In this document: positions 20,032-29,880 of the stretch, one piece after another
Position numbering within the stretch: the stretch's first letter is position 1
Layout of the letters: every line of letters begins with the position of its first letter
NCBI GenBank assembly: GCA_043798935.1
Contig: JAZDOC010000010.1
Coordinates: 1-59,441 of the forward strand
Reading direction: 5' to 3'
Source: Patescibacteria group bacterium
GTDB lineage: Bacteria; Patescibacteriota; Patescibacteriia; UBA9570; JAHJKD01
DNA: 59,441 nt
Made by a program: the position numbers and the translations under genes
The notes under the pieces: generated by a model
Told to the model about the DNA's origin: nothing
Databases searched by the model: none
What the model saw: only the letters and a program-made list of their open reading frames with translations

Positions 20032-22824
20032 TCAGTAATAATTTAAACTTACATTATAAAGAATGGGCGTACTGCTACCGTCACCAGCTAAATCAACTCT
20101 GTATTGAGCCCAAGTATTATTTAAATTATCGGCTATATTCAACAAACTAGGTTCGCTAATATCTTGCCACGAAGCACTGGCGAGACCACTAAAATCAGTA
20201 GCCGTTCTAATTTTAAATGTAGTACTACAAGTACTACTATCACAACTATCATCAGCTTCCCAGTTAATAATATTAAAATTTTGAGTGGCATTAAAAGCTG
20301 AAGAAATTAAATAGCCATCTGTTTCATAATTACCACTAACTGCTTTACCATTTACTGAAAAGCCATCTTCAAAAACCACAAACGCTCCAACCTCAGTGGT
20401 ATGGTTTCTTTCGCGATCAGTATATTGATCTTCTTCATTATGCCAACTAATATTTTTTGGCAAAGACACTGAATTACAGCGAACTAGCCAGCCGCCATCG
20501 CCACCACGCATGGTTTGTTGCATACCCACAAAAACCGGCGCAGTAAAAGTAGTGTAGTTTCCGGCCGTATAGCAACCATCATCATGGCCACGAATATTTT
20601 CAGGTGTAATTCTGGTTCTAAATGTAGTGCTGCCTAAAGAACCGGTAATTACATTTTCAAAAACTATATATCCGATAATTTCTGCACCATGAGAATAAGA
20701 AGTGCTTACTTGCGAAGCATTTAAACCCATTTGAAAACCGCTACTGGCCGGACCATAACCGGTACTGCCATTTCTGGAAAGCCAAGTAGTAATCCAACTA
20801 GTGTCATTATCAGTCATCACCTGGCTTAAAACCAAAGGAGCCGTATATCTTAAATCATAACCCATGGTATCATAATTCCATCTGCCGGATCGCCCGAGCG
20901 TTGATGTGTCGTATCGATGTGCTTCAATATAAGTTCCGTCTGGCAGAATCCAGCTTCCTTCTTCAACAACAATATAATCCATACTGGCTGAAACTGTATA
21001 ATCTGTTGGCGTAAAACTATCAGTTGGAAATTCAATTCTGGCTTGAAAACCAGAAGCGCCGGCGTTTCTGATGCGTACAGATCCCGGAGAATCAGTATTT
21101 ACTGTTTCCCAATATGTGCCAGCTACTACTGGGCTGGTGTAAGTGTTTTCTAAATCAATATCTGTCCAATCTTGAGTAATGGTCGCTGTGCCGGCTTCCA
21201 TGGTAATGGTATCAGGATTAAAATTCATTTCGATATTATCGAGCGTTGGTTGGCCAACTCCATCACTTTCAAAAAAAGCACGGAATTTTATTTGTGAATC
21301 ATCATCAACTGGAAAATATTTAATATAAGTGTTCACATCAGTTGCACTGTTAGCCTGGTTAAGGTCAGAGGTGCTTACCCATGTATTTGAAGTGGTATTG
21401 TAATAAAACCAAGTACTACCGTTATCATTTGATAATTGATAGTAAATCGCAGTGCCCGATGGCTTAGTGGCTGTTTCAGTAAAATCTAAAATCATGCCCA
21501 GACTTTCCGGATTCCAGGTACCACTATCGTTAACTTCTACATAAGGCTTATCAGTTGCATAAGAGCTTTCAGTCCATTGTAAATCAACATTATCAATATC
21601 TACTGTAAAGGGACCTTGTTTCTTTCCGTTTTTGTAATCGATATACAATGCAATTTTTAAATAATAATTTCCGGCGGTTGCTAATTCAGCGGTTAGATCG
21701 CTAATAGTTAATGTTTGCCAGGAATCGCTTCCGGTAATATCAACGCTAGTTATCGCATGGGCTAATAATGGAGTTCCAGATACTGAATCTAATGTAACAA
21801 AAAGTATTAGCTCATCAGGATCTCTGACTAAATAATCCGAACACTCCCATTGAAAAGTTAAACTAGCACTATCGGGGTTATCTTCAGAAATGGTAATTTC
21901 TTGTTCCCAATAATCGGTAATAATTGTATTGTTGTCATTAGGGAAAGATATATCAATATAATAATTATCATCGTAACCACCGCTTATTTTATTCCAAGTA
22001 CCATAGCCATTACCATTACCCCAATAATCAGGTTCACTGCCAGTGCCGGCTCTAAAATCTTGATTTGGATTTTCTGTTATAGTGTCAGTTAATATTAATT
22101 TAGCTTCACCGTCAGCTACTTGTATTTTATCTTCATCTGATAAAGTATAATCAGTATCGGTGCTAAAATCCCAGGTATAGCTATTGTCGACAATAATTTC
22201 CGGCAAAGAAACCTGCCCGCTGACTGATGTATTTAAATTTCCATCATCACTACTGTATTTAGTTTCATCAGACCACTCGCTTTGACCACTACCGCCAGAC
22301 CAATCTGTTTGCTCAAAGTCGTTTCCTTCCCAGGCAGTTAAATATATTTCTGAGCTAATAGAAGTTTCAATGCCGTCTTCCACTTCCCACACGATAGTGG
22401 TTGTAGCCTTTCGTGAATAAGGGTCGTTAGTTTCCGTGCCCATATCTCCGGTAGCATCTCGCGCTATATCTTCAATTACAATAGTGCGGTTGATAAATGG
22501 ACCGCTCCCGTCTGGATCATCCAGCGTTAGTGATAGCTCCCATTTAGTTTCAGCTTCATTATAATTTAATCCATAAGTGCCGGCTGATAAATAATTAAAA
22601 GCTTCAAGTGAAACAGCGCGTAAGGCTTCATTACTTTCTTCCAAGTAAGCTTTGGCTTGGGATAATTTCTCGGCGCGTAAATTTGAGCTTAGCGATCCTA
22701 AAACCATAGAGATAATTCCAGCCGCAAAAATTGAAAACAAAGCCATGGCTAACGCTAGCTCGACTAAAGAATATCCGGCCTCATGATTAACTTTAATATT
22801 GAATTTCGATTGACCCTTCATCAT
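20032..22824 (-). CDS. Large pilin-adhesin (prepilin N-terminus plus extracellular beta-rich domains)
   Basis: AG|YSLVELALAMALF class III signal followed by an acidic Ser/Thr/Asp-rich body of about 750 aa. Confidence 0.85.
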   Translation of the reverse strand: MMKGQSKFNIKVNHEAGYSLVELALAMALFSIFAAGIISMVLGSLSSNLRAEKLSQAKAYLEESNEALRAVSLEAFNYLSAGTYGLNYNEAETKWELSLTLDDPDGSGPFINRTIVIEDIARDATGDMGTETNDPYSRKATTTIVWEVEDGIETSISSEIYLTAWEGNDFEQTDWSGGSGQSEWSDETKYSSDDGNLNTSVSGQVSLPEIIVDNSYTWDFSTDTDYTLSDEDKIQVADGEAKLILTDTITENPNQDFRAGTGSEPDYWGNGNGYGTWNKISGGYDDNYYIDISFPNDNNTIITDYWEQEITISEDNPDSASLTFQWECSDYLVRDPDELILFVTLDSVSGTPLLAHAITSVDITGSDSWQTLTISDLTAELATAGNYYLKIALYIDYKNGKKQGPFTVDIDNVDLQWTESSYATDKPYVEVNDSGTWNPESLGMILDFTETATKPSGTAIYYQLSNDNGSTWFYYNTTSNTWVSTSDLNQANSATDVNTYIKYFPVDDDSQIKFRAFFESDGVGQPTLDNIEMNFNPDTITMEAGTATITQDWTDIDLENTYTSPVVAGTYWETVNTDSPGSVRIRNAGASGFQARIEFPTDSFTPTDYTVSASMDYIVVEEGSWILPDGTYIEAHRYDTSTLGRSGRWNYDTMGYDLRYTAPLVLSQVMTDNDTSWITTWLSRNGSTGYGPASSGFQMGLNASQVSTSYSHGAEIIGYIVFENVITGSLGSTTFRTRITPENIRGHDDGCYTAGNYTTFTAPVFVGMQQTMRGGDGGWLVRCNSVSLPKNISWHNEEDQYTDRERNHTTEVGAFVVFEDGFSVNGKAVSGNYETDGYLISSAFNATQNFNIINWEADDSCDSSTCSTTFKIRTATDFSGLASASWQDISEPSLLNIADNLNNTWAQYRVDLAGDGSSTPILYNVSLNYY

Positions 22825-23230
22825 TTATATTTATTTGTTTTTGTTCGTTGATGCTTGTAGCTGTAATAGTAATTGTATTAGCCGTGGTCTTGCCAGATAA
22901 TTTTGAAAAAATAATATCACTCCCGCTAATGACCGAATTAGCTGGCAAAGTATAAACTTCATATTCGGTAGCCACGCCAGACGGATCTTCAATAATCGCA
23001 TAATATGTGCTATGCCAAGCCACACCCCAAGAAACATTATTTGTACTGGTAATAGCTTTGTTTTGAGCGCGACGTAAATTACCAACCACTTCATCGGTCA
23101 GAGTGCTTAATTGTTGTTGTGATAAATAACTGCTCATGAATGGTATTGTAATCGAAGCCATAAAAGAAATTATAGCCATGACAACTATTATTTCTACTAA
23201 TGTAAAACCTGATCGAGATGATAAGCGCAT
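22793..23230 (-). CDS. Minor pilin, FimT/GspH-like (start reassigned from 23311 to the ATG at 23230)
   Basis: MRLSSRSG|FTLVEIIVVMAII; LRRAQNKA; the shorter start removes the overlap with pilC. Confidence 0.85.
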   Translation of the reverse strand: MRLSSRSGFTLVEIIVVMAIISFMASITIPFMSSYLSQQQLSTLTDEVVGNLRRAQNKAITSTNNVSWGVAWHSTYYAIIEDPSGVATEYEVYTLPANSVISGSDIIFSKLSGKTTANTITITATSINEQKQININDEGSIEIQY

Positions 23231-23240
23231 CGTGTTTATA

Positions 23241-24461
23241 TTAATGGTTCGGCGATACTGAGCCGGTAATTTTATAAATTGGAGTAATAATAGACAATCC
23301 CACAAAACCAATAATTAAACCAATACAAATTAATAATAATGGCTCTATAATAGATGAAATATTTTTTGTCACGTTATCTACTTCTTCTTCATAAAAATCA
23401 GCTAGGTACAATAATATTTCTTCTAAACGACCTGATTTTTCCCCCACGTTGATCATGCGAGTAACCATGGCCGGAAATAAATTACTATGTTTCGTTAACG
23501 CGCTATTTATGGATTTTCCTTTTTCCACTTCTTTTAATACATCGCGTAATGCTTTTTTATAAACTTCGTTATCTACAATATTAATAATGGTTTCAGCCGA
23601 TTCGTTTATGGTTAAACCACTTTTTAATAAAACGTACAAATTTCGATTAAATCGGGCAACGTTATATATTTTGGCTATGCGGCCAACTAGCGGTGTTTCC
23701 AAAATCATAAAGTGCCAAATAGGTTTAATGAATTTAACATGAACCAATAAATATAATGATATTATTATTACCGCTAAACCGATAATCACATAAATGCCAT
23801 CATTTTGCATTAAATTTGAAAACCACAGCAGTGCTCTGGTGCTAGCCGGCAGTTCAGTTTTTAATGATGCAAACAGACGGGATAAACGCGGTAAAACAAA
23901 GACTGATAAAACAACCCCCAAAGATAATGTAGACAACAAAACAAAAATTGGATAAATTAAAGCAGCTTTAATTTTACGTTTTAACATTATTTCTTTCTCT
24001 ATTTGAATAGATAGATGTTGTAAATTTTCTTCCAAGTTGCCGGCTGTTTCACCAACTTTAATTACATCAATATAAAAATCTTTAAATTGGTGCGGAAAAT
24101 ATCGTAAGCTGTCGGCCAGTGCTTTTCCTTCTTGAACATAAGTTAATATTTTATTTAAAATGCGTCTGAATTTTCCTGTGGCTTGAGCGGCCGTAATTTC
24201 TAAAGCTTCGTTAACCGGTAATCCGGCACGGATCATTACTGAAAGATTTTTTACAAACAATGCCACGTCCAACCCTTTTACCCAACCAATACTGAAATTT
24301 AAATTTGTAATTACTGTAGGTTGTTTGGTTTGCTCTTGCAAACTAATTAACGACATATTCATGTCGGTAAGTTTTTTACGAGCTTCAGTTTTAGTGGAAG
24401 CAATTATAAAATCCGTAATCGTGCTACCACCCTTTTGTTTGGCAACGTATTTAAATTTCAT
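23241..24461 (-). CDS. pilC: Type IV pilus platform protein PilC (T2SS F family)
   Basis: LSVMIRAGLP, VGETAGNLE, ALIYP, VGEKSGRLE, IIEP. Confidence 0.95.
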   Translation of the reverse strand: MKFKYVAKQKGGSTITDFIIASTKTEARKKLTDMNMSLISLQEQTKQPTVITNLNFSIGWVKGLDVALFVKNLSVMIRAGLPVNEALEITAAQATGKFRRILNKILTYVQEGKALADSLRYFPHQFKDFYIDVIKVGETAGNLEENLQHLSIQIEKEIMLKRKIKAALIYPIFVLLSTLSLGVVLSVFVLPRLSRLFASLKTELPASTRALLWFSNLMQNDGIYVIIGLAVIIISLYLLVHVKFIKPIWHFMILETPLVGRIAKIYNVARFNRNLYVLLKSGLTINESAETIINIVDNEVYKKALRDVLKEVEKGKSINSALTKHSNLFPAMVTRMINVGEKSGRLEEILLYLADFYEEEVDNVTKNISSIIEPLLLICIGLIIGFVGLSIITPIYKITGSVSPNH

Positions 24462-24493
24462 AAAAATTAAATATAATAATAATAATAATTAAT

Positions 24494-26185
24494 TTAATCG
24501 GCGGTAACGCGCAACACTTCTTCAATAGTGGTCATACCTTGCATGGCTTTAGCCACACCGTCTTGCATCATGGTGGTCATGCCCAGTTCGACGGCTTTGG
24601 CTTTTATTTGGCCAGCGTCGGCTTTATTAACTATTAATTTTCTCATAGCTTCATTAATTGTTAATAATTCAAATACACCGATTCGTCCTTTATAACCGGT
24701 ATTATTACAAGCCGGACATCCTTTACCTTTATAAAAACGTAATTTTTTAATTTTCTTAACATCCTGGCCAGTAACCGCTTCTAAATTTACCTGTTCTTTT
24801 AATTCGTCTAGAACTTTGCCTTCATAAATATCACTCATTAAACACTGCGTACAAACCTTTCTAACCAATCTTTGAGCAATGGCAATGTTAACGGTTGAAG
24901 CTATTAAAAAAGGTTCAATTTTCATATCTATTAAACGCGGTAATGTGGTGGCCGCGTCGTTAGTGTGCAGTGTAGATAAAACTAAATGTCCGGTTAAAGC
25001 AGCGTTCACTGAAATGCCGGCAGTTTCTTGATCGCGGATTTCGCCGACCATAATAATATCCGGATCCTGACGCACAATGGAACGAAGACCAGCCGCAAAA
25101 GTAAGATTGGTTTTAGCATTAACCTGAATTTGATTAACACCCATCATGTCGTATTCCACCGGATCTTCAATAGTAGAAATATTTACATCGCGCTTATTTA
25201 ATATTTTTAAAATTGCATACAATGTAGTTGTTTTACCCGAACCAGTTGGGCCAGTTACCAGTATCATGCCATGTGGTGAATTTATTGCTTTTCTAATTTT
25301 AGAAACATCATTTTCAGAAAAACCCAAATCATCCAAAGAAAACTGGCGATTTTTTTCGGATAATAATCTCATTACAACTTTTTCACCTTCAGTAATGGGC
25401 ACAATAGAAACTCTGATATCTAAATCTTCTTCTTCCAGTGGTAAAGTAATTTTACCGTCTTGAGCCGCGCGATGTTCATCAGTTCTTAATCTGGCCAATA
25501 TTTTAATACGACTAATAATAGGTTCTAATAGTTCTTTAGGAATAGTGGCGGCATCGTAAAGCATGCCATCTAAACGAAAACGAATGGCAATATTTTTTTC
25601 CGTGGGCTCGATATGAATATCCGATGCTAAATTTTCGTATCCGTATCTGATGAAAGCATCTACAATTTTAATAATTGAAACATCTTCACTGGAAGTTTTT
25701 TTTGATTTACTGTTTTTAACATTTTGTTGTAAAATATCTTTAAATTCTTCGGATAAATCGCGATGATATTTAATTAAAGCCTGTCTAAGATCGCGCTCGG
25801 TCACAAAATACGGATTAACCTTATAGCCGGATTTCTTTTCCACTAAACGAATTATTTCTAGATTAGACGGATCAGCCATGGCCAAACTAATGCCTTTTTT
25901 ATTGATATCAAATATTATTATTTGTTGTTTTTTAGCCATGATTTCCGGAACAATATCAAGACCTTGATCGGGAATGGCTTGTTTTTTAAGATCCACATAT
26001 TCAAAGCCCAAGGCATCGGCAATTAACTGACCTAAATTGGAATCTGGAATATAATCTTTTTCAACCAGCACCTCGGAAAATGATCTTTTTTCTTTTTTAG
26101 CAATGGCGCATGCTTCTTCGACATCTTTTACCTCAACAACTTCAGTATCAATTAATATTTCTTTAAGTTTTGAATCACTAATCAT
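24494..26185 (-). CDS. pilB: Type IV pilus extension ATPase PilB (GspE family)
   Basis: ASDIHIEP, GPTGSGKTTT, TIEDPVEY, RQDPDIIMVGEIRD, TGHLVLSTLHTND, tetracysteine motif. Confidence 0.96.
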   Translation of the reverse strand: MISDSKLKEILIDTEVVEVKDVEEACAIAKKEKRSFSEVLVEKDYIPDSNLGQLIADALGFEYVDLKKQAIPDQGLDIVPEIMAKKQQIIIFDINKKGISLAMADPSNLEIIRLVEKKSGYKVNPYFVTERDLRQALIKYHRDLSEEFKDILQQNVKNSKSKKTSSEDVSIIKIVDAFIRYGYENLASDIHIEPTEKNIAIRFRLDGMLYDAATIPKELLEPIISRIKILARLRTDEHRAAQDGKITLPLEEEDLDIRVSIVPITEGEKVVMRLLSEKNRQFSLDDLGFSENDVSKIRKAINSPHGMILVTGPTGSGKTTTLYAILKILNKRDVNISTIEDPVEYDMMGVNQIQVNAKTNLTFAAGLRSIVRQDPDIIMVGEIRDQETAGISVNAALTGHLVLSTLHTNDAATTLPRLIDMKIEPFLIASTVNIAIAQRLVRKVCTQCLMSDIYEGKVLDELKEQVNLEAVTGQDVKKIKKLRFYKGKGCPACNNTGYKGRIGVFELLTINEAMRKLIVNKADAGQIKAKAVELGMTTMMQDGVAKAMQGMTTIEEVLRVTAD

Positions 26186-26285
26186 AAATTTATTTTTAAT
26201 TAGATTGCGTCAATTATAACATATTAATAATGATATATCAACTTTTCTTCTTTATTAAAAATAATAAATTTGCTATAATAATAAC

Positions 26286-26786
26286 ATGCAAAATAATGAG
26301 ACTAAAACATCACCAATCAACACCGATCCCGAAGAATGCCATTGTCTGTATTTTGAAGAATCGGCTTGGGAAGATAAGACATTAGATTGGTCAGGCCGTC
26401 AGTTTTTACGAATGACTTATCGCAATTGGCTATACAAACCCCGCGAAGATGTGGGCAATAAAATAATTCAAGGTTATGAAGAAATAGCTCGTCGCGGCTA
26501 CGGTGTGATTCCTTATGGTTTTGTTCTATTTCAAAATGGTATTTTCAAAGGTGAAATTCTATTGGAAATAAAAAAAGGCGACGTTGATGACGAACAAGTA
26601 AAAACATTTTTAGGCGGAGTGCACACAAAAACTTATATTGGGCCATATAAAGATTTACCACTTGTAGCCAAAACTTTTCCTTTCCGACCATTAAATATTT
26701 ATGCCTTATATTTTTCTTGTGCTGTTTGCACACCAAATCCCGACAAACAAAAAACTGTTTTAGTTGCTGAAAAGCCTTTTTACTAA
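26286..26786 (+). CDS. Cys-motif small protein, divergent paralog of 53597..54067 (GyrI-like 'bacterial hydrolase' type)
   Basis: CHC..F....WEDKTLDW, KTYIGPYKD and SCAVC...TVLVAE align by eye with the 156-aa ORF. Confidence 0.65.
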   Translation: MQNNETKTSPINTDPEECHCLYFEESAWEDKTLDWSGRQFLRMTYRNWLYKPREDVGNKIIQGYEEIARRGYGVIPYGFVLFQNGIFKGEILLEIKKGDVDDEQVKTFLGGVHTKTYIGPYKDLPLVAKTFPFRPLNIYALYFSCAVCTPNPDKQKTVLVAEKPFY

Positions 26787-26802
26787 AACAGCTATAAAAA
26801 AA

Positions 26803-27177
26803 TTATAAATGTAGATAAATTTTTTCGACAATAGAGCGTAAAGAATAATTACTCTTTACCAGATAATCTACAGCTCCTAATTTCTTACCAAGCTCAACAT
26901 CCATATCTTGGCCTAAATTTGATACTATTATAACCGGAATATTTTTTGTGGCTATATCTTGTTTTAATTTCTTTAAAACGTCAAAACCGTTCATTTTCGG
27001 TAAAATCATATCAAGTAATATTAAATCCGGATTGAATATTGTTGTTTTTTCAATGCCTTCTGCTCCGTTTCCGGCAATATTAACAATAAAACCGTCGTCT
27101 TCCAGGCGTTCAACCAAAACCTTTGAAAGAAAATTATCATCTTCAATAAGTAGTATTTTTTTTGCTTGTTTTGGCAT
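26803..27177 (-). CDS. Single-domain response regulator (receiver)
   Basis: ILLIEDD, PDLILLDMILPKMNG, IIVSN, YLVK. Confidence 0.95.
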   Translation of the reverse strand: MPKQAKKILLIEDDNFLSKVLVERLEDDGFIVNIAGNGAEGIEKTTIFNPDLILLDMILPKMNGFDVLKKLKQDIATKNIPVIIVSNLGQDMDVELGKKLGAVDYLVKSNYSLRSIVEKIYLHL

Positions 27178-28312
27178 ATTTAATAGTTTTCTTGCTTATT
27201 TTTGCTAAAGGCAAGGTAAAATAAAAAGTTGAACCCTGCCCCTCTTTTGATTCTAACCAAATATCTCCTTTATGTAAAGCTAGAATTTTTTTTGCAATAT
27301 ACAGCCCCAATCCCGATCCTTCAGTTTGCGAAGTAATGGCATTATCAGCACGAAAAAATCTTTCAAACATATGCTTTTCTTGGTCTTTAGGCACGCCGAT
27401 ACCGTGATCTCTTACCCAAACTTTCAGCATGTTGTTTTGTTTTTTTGCATTTAATACAACCCTTTGCTTGCCTTTTGTGTATTTAATGGCATTATTTACC
27501 AAATTTTGTATTACTTGGCGGACTTTTTCTTGATCAATATAAACCAGTGGTGATTTATTTTTACATATCTGGCAGTCTATTTCTACATTATTAGCCCTGG
27601 CAAAATTTTCCATTTCTTTAATAACACTAGAAAAGACATCAGCCAATGAAACAGCTTGAAAATCCATTTTTAAATGTCCGGATTCAATACGTGAAACATT
27701 TAGCAGATCATTAATCAGATTTATCATGCGCTCGTTGCTTTGATATGCTTGTTCTAAATGCTCAACCTGCCAGTGGTTCATTTTATTGCCGCGTCTATTT
27801 TCCAGCATGGTTTCCAAATACCATTTGACGGCCGATGAAGGAGTACGCAATTGATGAGAAACAATTGAAACAAACTCGGATTTCATTTTTTGAACTTCCC
27901 GCTCTTTTGTAACATCACGAAACACAAGGATCAAACCAATTATTGAGCTATCAACATCACGCAGTGGCGAAATATTAAAAGTAATAGGAATTTCTCTTTT
28001 GTCTTTTGCTATCAAACTGTAATGATTAGTAAGTTTTATAGTGCTTCCTTTTCGGATTGCATCCGCAAAAGGCCACTTGGCATTTTTATTGGTTTTTTCA
28101 TCTCGCAAAATTAAAATTTCTTGTGCCGATATGCCGATTACTTGAGCACATTTAAAACCAGTTAGCGTTTCAGCTACCGGATTAAAAGTTTTAATTTTAT
28201 ATTGCCTATCCAAAGTTACAACTGCTTCACCGATACTGTTTAAAATAGTACCGATTTTATCTTCTGTGCAACTAATGAATTTTTTAGGTAATTTTTTTTT
28301 CACCCTCTCCAT
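27143..28312 (-). CDS. Soluble PAS-domain sensor histidine kinase
   Basis: PAS domain (ILNSIGEAV..FNPVAE..VFRDVT), H-box VSHQLRTP, N-box NLVNNAIKY, DHGIG, GSGLGL; no TM segment. Confidence 0.95.
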   Translation of the reverse strand: MERVKKKLPKKFISCTEDKIGTILNSIGEAVVTLDRQYKIKTFNPVAETLTGFKCAQVIGISAQEILILRDEKTNKNAKWPFADAIRKGSTIKLTNHYSLIAKDKREIPITFNISPLRDVDSSIIGLILVFRDVTKEREVQKMKSEFVSIVSHQLRTPSSAVKWYLETMLENRRGNKMNHWQVEHLEQAYQSNERMINLINDLLNVSRIESGHLKMDFQAVSLADVFSSVIKEMENFARANNVEIDCQICKNKSPLVYIDQEKVRQVIQNLVNNAIKYTKGKQRVVLNAKKQNNMLKVWVRDHGIGVPKDQEKHMFERFFRADNAITSQTEGSGLGLYIAKKILALHKGDIWLESKEGQGSTFYFTLPLAKISKKTIKYAKTSKKNTTY

Positions 28313-28352
28313 AATGGATTAATTGTAGCATATTTTTGAATATTAATCAAGC

Positions 28353-28380
28353 AAAAAGCGGCCATCAACCGCTTTTTTTT
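28353..28380. terminator. Intrinsic terminator at the end of the copper operon
   Basis: AAAAAGCGG-CCATCAA-CCGCTTTTT. Confidence 0.7.
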
Positions 28381-28381
28381 A

Positions 28382-28615
28382 TTATAAATATCCGAGTTTT
28401 TTGAGCCTCTGCTTAACATTATTGATCTCTTTAGCTGATAACTTATGATCTTTTTTGTCGTCAACTGCACTAGATGATATATCGCGCAAACAATAAACTA
28501 TAAAATCAGTCACTGAATTAAAACCAGAATTTTCGGTTATCTCTTGGAGATTTTCGTATAATTTTCGTGGAATTTTTATGGTAACTTTATTTTCTTGAGG
28601 CATATTTTTATCCAA
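28382..28615 (-). CDS. CopG/ribbon-helix-helix protein with an RLKxLGY tail
   Basis: VTIKIPRKLYE...GFNSVTDFIVYCLR. Confidence 0.8.
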   Translation of the reverse strand: MDKNMPQENKVTIKIPRKLYENLQEITENSGFNSVTDFIVYCLRDISSSAVDDKKDHKLSAKEINNVKQRLKKLGYL

Positions 28616-29840
28616 ACATTAACCACTCTGGTTTTAAAATTAATATTAAACCTATAATAAATATTAAAATACCACCAACTAAACTGGAGTAACGAGCATA
28701 TTTACTACTTAACCCAGTTACTTGCATTGTAAGCATGGCAATAACGAAAACTATAATATCATCTATCATGAAAAAGAAAATATACACAAAAATATAACTA
28801 TAATATTCCCAGGCTGGTAAATTTGCTAAAGCTAAAAGTTGAGTATACACGGCCGGAAAGCCCAAAGAACATGCTAGCTCAACCAAATTTACTGTAAACG
28901 CCAAGATGATTAAGCCGAAAATCGCAAATAAAATATTTTTATTTTTTACTATATCTTTAATTCGATCAAATATTTTCTTGCGTGAATCATGCTTAGTCAC
29001 TTTGCAGGTACCATCATTCTTTCGAAAATCACGTAAAAACATAATTCCAGAAATAATAGCGAATACACCGATTAACACTCTAATCCATTGGACATATCCT
29101 AAAAACATTAAAAAGTTTAGCCAAGCCGCCATGAAGGTAAAATAGACGCCACCTGAAGCCACGATAAAAATAATACCAAAAAGCCAGCGTCTTTTTTTAG
29201 ATTGAATACCAAGTAGCATGGTTATTAAAAATATTAATACCCACATTGCACAAGGGTTAAATCCGTCGATGGTGCCAAGGACTACTGATAAAGCTGGTAA
29301 AGAATACTCGGCTAAATCTTTTTGACCAATAAAGGGCAAATTAACTACAGTTGAAAGTTGACGGGCATCTTTATCAACTTCACATGTTTGAGTATTACTG
29401 TCGTTGTTTCCGAGCACATCGTCGGCTGGACAAGTGCATCCGTTAGATACACAAGTTTCTAAAGCCTGGCGGATCTGTTTACCGGTCGATGCTTCATCGG
29501 CAAATCCAATAATTCCTTTTTGACCAATTAAAGTGACTGGTACTCCGGTGACATTTAATTTATGAGCGGCAACGGCTTTTTTTAATAATTCAACATTGTC
29601 TTGGTTGTACCAAGTTTCGTATCGCAAAATATTAATTTGATTACCATACTCGGCTTCTAGTTTATCTAAAAAAACTTCCTCATCAGCACAATGCGGGCAA
29701 CCCTGGCCGTAAAAAAAATAAATATTTACTGGCTGGCCAATGCTTGATTCGGTACTAATATTAGTGTCTACGGCTTGCGCTTGTATGGCTGAAACAGCCA
29801 CAAATAAACAGAAAATTAAGTAAAATAATATTTTTTTCAT
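28608..29840 (-). CDS. Exported thioredoxin/glutaredoxin domain fused to a DsbD/CcdA-like membrane domain
   Basis: Signal peptide, GCPHC, GVP cis-Pro, TM cysteines DGFNPCAM and ELACSLG. Confidence 0.8.
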   Translation of the reverse strand: MKKILFYLIFCLFVAVSAIQAQAVDTNISTESSIGQPVNIYFFYGQGCPHCADEEVFLDKLEAEYGNQINILRYETWYNQDNVELLKKAVAAHKLNVTGVPVTLIGQKGIIGFADEASTGKQIRQALETCVSNGCTCPADDVLGNNDSNTQTCEVDKDARQLSTVVNLPFIGQKDLAEYSLPALSVVLGTIDGFNPCAMWVLIFLITMLLGIQSKKRRWLFGIIFIVASGGVYFTFMAAWLNFLMFLGYVQWIRVLIGVFAIISGIMFLRDFRKNDGTCKVTKHDSRKKIFDRIKDIVKNKNILFAIFGLIILAFTVNLVELACSLGFPAVYTQLLALANLPAWEYYSYIFVYIFFFMIDDIIVFVIAMLTMQVTGLSSKYARYSSLVGGILIFIIGLILILKPEWLMFG

Positions 29841-29880
29841 AGGTTATCAGTATACATTAAATACGTTATAATTTCAATAT

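Noticed and set aside
23231-23311. N-terminal extension of the 172-aa pilin ORF
   Set aside because: It overlaps pilC; the ATG at 23230 gives a canonical prepilin leader
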